39,315 nucleotides of DNA from Chiloscyllium plagiosum. Its lineage: Eukaryota. The DNA is taken from NCBI RefSeq assembly GCF_004010195.1, contig NC_057719.1, positions 85,869,840 through 85,909,154 on the forward strand. The letters are read 5' to 3'. The notes under the pieces were generated by a model that worked only from the letters and a program-made list of their open reading frames with translations, made no database searches and was not told the origin of the DNA. Shown here piece by piece: positions 36,090 to 39,315 of the stretch. Each line of letters starts with the position of its first letter. Positions within the stretch are counted from its first letter, which is position 1. Position numbers and translations under genes: made by a program.

Positions 36090-38180
36090 GATGTCTTTGT
36101 GAATGATGTTGGAGGGTGTCTGCTTCCTGGATCACATGTTGGAGGAGGCTGAAACCCCATAGGCAGTAAGGGTTCAGGGTCATCGATGTCTATACATCAG
36201 GAAGTATAAGAAGGGACTGAAAGTACAAGGATTGCTGAAATGTGGACTACTTTGAAACAGATATTCAGATTGGAGACTGGTGGAAGTGACAACAAGTTGA
36301 AGAAGTACACGCCAGAGCATGGTACTAATGGACAAAGGTCTGCTTAATAAGGAACAAAAAATTGAGCGGTGCAGTTACTAATTGGCAACCGACAATTAAG
36401 AGAGCACCAGGCATGGATGTAAATGTCATTGTGAGTCCTGCATAGGGGCTGCTTTCCTGATACAAGGGTAACAGATGTATGGAACTTATTGCAGAATATT
36501 TTGCAGGAGAAGGCAGTGAGCCAGAAGTCACGGTACACTATGACAAAGAGAGGATAACATGGTGATCCTCGTCAAGTCTTTTCAGGACCTATGAGATAGT
36601 GAAAAGTTGTAATTGGAAGATTGTAATCACTAAGTCATTTCCACAACATTTTGCGAACAAGATGCAGAGGCACAAATTGTACCCTAACATGTGGTGAAAG
36701 AGGGGTGATATCAGATTAAAGTCATAGAGGTAACAGCATGGAAAAAGGCCCTTCAGCTCATCAAAATTTCTTGGGGAATACAGAATAATTCTGGAGCAAG
36801 AAGTTTCAATTCAAAAGGGATAAGATAATTGAGCATAGTGGACATCAGAATGAAGTGTTACGTGGTGCATAGAAGAAGAACCATAAGGTATGGAAGGCAG
36901 AAAGATTGCAGTGCATATATGTAAATATTTAAAATCTGACAAACAATGTGGGTGAGCCACAAGCATGGGAACATGATGCAATGGGAGTAATGGATTGTGG
37001 TACTGGAATTTTCATATTCAAGGATATATGTAAACTGTTCAGAAAATATTGAAAAGCAAAACAGAACAGATGATGGAGTGGAGGTAGTGATGAGCAAGTC
37101 ATTCAGTGTTAAAAAGAGGGGATTTCATTAAGCAGGCAAAAACCGAATCTCCTTGGTCACAGTTGAGAAGTTTAAAGGAGAAGCGCTTTACTTGGGGTGC
37201 TTAATATGCCTCGAATGGCAAAAGGAAGGTTGAGAGGCAAAACTGCAGGGACATTACTGAGCAGTGCAAAATTGTAGTTATGATGTTGGAGGACTATTGG
37301 AAGCTACCGAACAAGCACTATGACAGCCAAATATGTATATTGTTAATGTAAAGACATCGAGGGGAAAGAATTTCTGATAGGTATTCAGGAGAAATTCCAG
37401 TATCCATGTCTGCAGTTCAATTAGAGAGTAGGTATTTCTGGATCTGTTGCTACAAAATCAAGTGAGCCAAGTGAAGTAAGTGTTGATGGGGAATGGGATT
37501 CTTGGCTAAGGGTGACCATCAAATCAAAAAGTTAAGACTGGAATGCAAACGAAAGGTCTAAATTAAGAAGGGTTAATTTTATTGGATGAGAAGTAACCCG
37601 GTTTTGGGAAGATGGAATCAAATCAGGAGAAATTTTAATTGAATAATTAGGGTTCATTGGGGAAGACATGCTTCAGGGAGAGGTTTGGATCGTTAACAAC
37701 AGGGGCAGCACATACGAAATCAAAAAGCAGTGCTTCAAAATGACAAGGAAGGTAGAGAACGTGAGAAACTAAAAGAAAGAGGTTTTTGCAGGCCAGCACT
37801 TGAAAATAGCAAGTTGCAATGATTGGCATTTTTCCAGATATGTGGCAATATTGTTCTCTTTTGCTCATTTTTTGTAATAATATTACATTGGAATAAAATG
37901 TACCATCTAAAATGTTGCTAATCATACTAAATTTGAAGGAATGGCGAACAACTGTGACAGCCTATTGATTGGTTTGGAGAATGGAAAGACAAATGGCACA
38001 TGGAATTCAATACCTATGCCTTGAATTGTTTTAACAAAAGAGTTAGGGCAGGCAACATAGACTTAAGTGTGGTGTCCTAAATAGTGTGCAAAGACAAAGG
38101 GCACAAGTGCATTGCCTTTGAAATTGGCAGGACCTGCTGAAAGTGAGGTGAAGTAAGTAGGTTGTCAGCTTCATACAGAG
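36090..38180 (+). mobile_element. Ancient internally deleted CR1 retaining ORF1 esterase, APE start and RT end
   Basis: ~36447-36538 GCFPDTRVTDVWNLLQNILQ/EGSEPEVTVH (CR1 ORF1 SGNH esterase-like CLPGARV.DV..RL..IL..EG..P.V.VH); ~36905 LQCIYVN...NNVGE; ~37915 degenerate KFADDTK; ~37990 KWHMEFN. Confidence 0.7.
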
Positions 38181-38247
38181 AGGAAAACAGAGAGGTTTTT
38201 GCGGATCTTAGATGAAAGAGCACTACCCAATTGTAACCCGCACACCT

Positions 38248-39315
38248 TAGAGCATAGAACATAGAACATAGAACAGTACAGCACAGAACAGGCCCTTCAG
38301 CCCACGATGTTGTGCCGACCATTGATCCTCATGTATGCACCCTCATATTTCTGTGACCATATGCATGAAAGCAGTCTCTTAAATGTCCCCAATGGCCTTG
38401 CTTTCGCAACTGCTGCTGGCAACGCATTCCATGCTCTCACAACTCTCTGTGTAAAGAACCCGCCTCTGACATCCCCTCTATACTTTCCTCCAACCAGCTT
38501 AAAACTATGACCCCTCGTGTCAGCCATTTCTGCCTTGGGAAATAATCTCTGGCTATCGACTCTATCTATGCCTCTCATTATCTGTATACCTCAATTAGGT
38601 CCCCTCTCCTCCTCCTTTTCTCCAATGAAAAAAGACCAAGCTCAGTCAACCTCTTTTCATAAGATAAGCCCTCCAGTCCAGGCAGCATCCTGGTAAACCT
38701 CCGCTGAACCCTCTCCAAAGCATCCATATCTTTCCTATAATAGGGCGACCAGAACTGGATGCAGTATTCCAAGTGCGGTCTAACCAAAGTTTTATAGAGC
38801 TGCAACAAGATCTCATGACTCTTAAACACAATCCCCCTGTTGCTTTCTTAACAACCCTGTCCACTTGGGTGGCCATTTTAAGGGATCTATGTACCTGCAC
38901 ACCAAGATCCCTCTGTTCTTCCACACTGCCAAGAATCCTATCCTTAATCCTGTACTCAGCTTTCAAATTCGACCTTCCAAAATGCATCATCTCGCATTTA
39001 TCCAATTTTAAGGGATCTATGTACCTGCACACCAAGATCCCTCTGTTCCTCCACACTGCCAAGAATCCTATCCTTAATCCTGTACTCAGCTTTCAAATTC
39101 GACCTTCCAAAATGCATCATCTCGCATTTATCCAGGTTGAACTCCATCTGCCACCTCTCAGCCCATCTCTGCATCATGTCAATGTCCCGCTGCAGCCTAC
39201 AACAGCCCTCTATACTGTCAACGACACCTCCAACCTTTGTGTCGTCTGCAAACTTGCTGACCCATCCTTCAAGCCCCTCATCCAAGTCATTAATAAAAAT
39301 TACAAACAGGAGAGG
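38248..39315 (-). mobile_element. Relatively young CR1 LINE 3' portion, runs off window edge
   Basis: KFADDTKVGG, WAERWQMEFNLDKCE, LYKTLVRPHLEYCIQFWSP, GFFTQRVVRAWNALP; tail (CATAGAA)3 antisense. Confidence 0.96.
38875..39134. repeat. 130-bp direct tandem duplication inside the CR1
   Basis: 38875-39004 and 39005-39134 are identical except for one base (38919 T vs 39049 C). Confidence 0.95.

Overview
Repeat-dominated vertebrate genomic DNA. The repeat set (HE1-type V-SINEs, CR1/HER1-type LINEs, several Penelope-like element [PLE] families) is typical of an elasmobranch (shark); the taxon is inferred from repeats only. The one confidently recognised host coding segment is a 112-bp internal exon of the lysine methyltransferase EEF1AKMT3 (METTL21B) on the minus strand (7385-7496), which the ORF track misses. 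Its other exons are not visible; exon 1 may lie in the 500-N gap at 11471-11970. Nearly all ORFs in the track are fragments or antisense shadows of decayed LINE/PLE reverse transcriptase or endonuclease genes. The most interesting observations are: (i) three PLE-derived inverted-repeat insertions, each bounded by a 12-14 bp target-site duplication (TSD), two carrying intact minimal hammerhead-ribozyme cores and one apparently having captured ~285 bp of foreign DNA; (ii) a cluster of three phase-compatible, splice-site-bounded minus-strand segments at 32435-33653 that looks like a decayed gene, the first resembling a ZP-N domain. Boundaries of old repeats are by-eye estimates.
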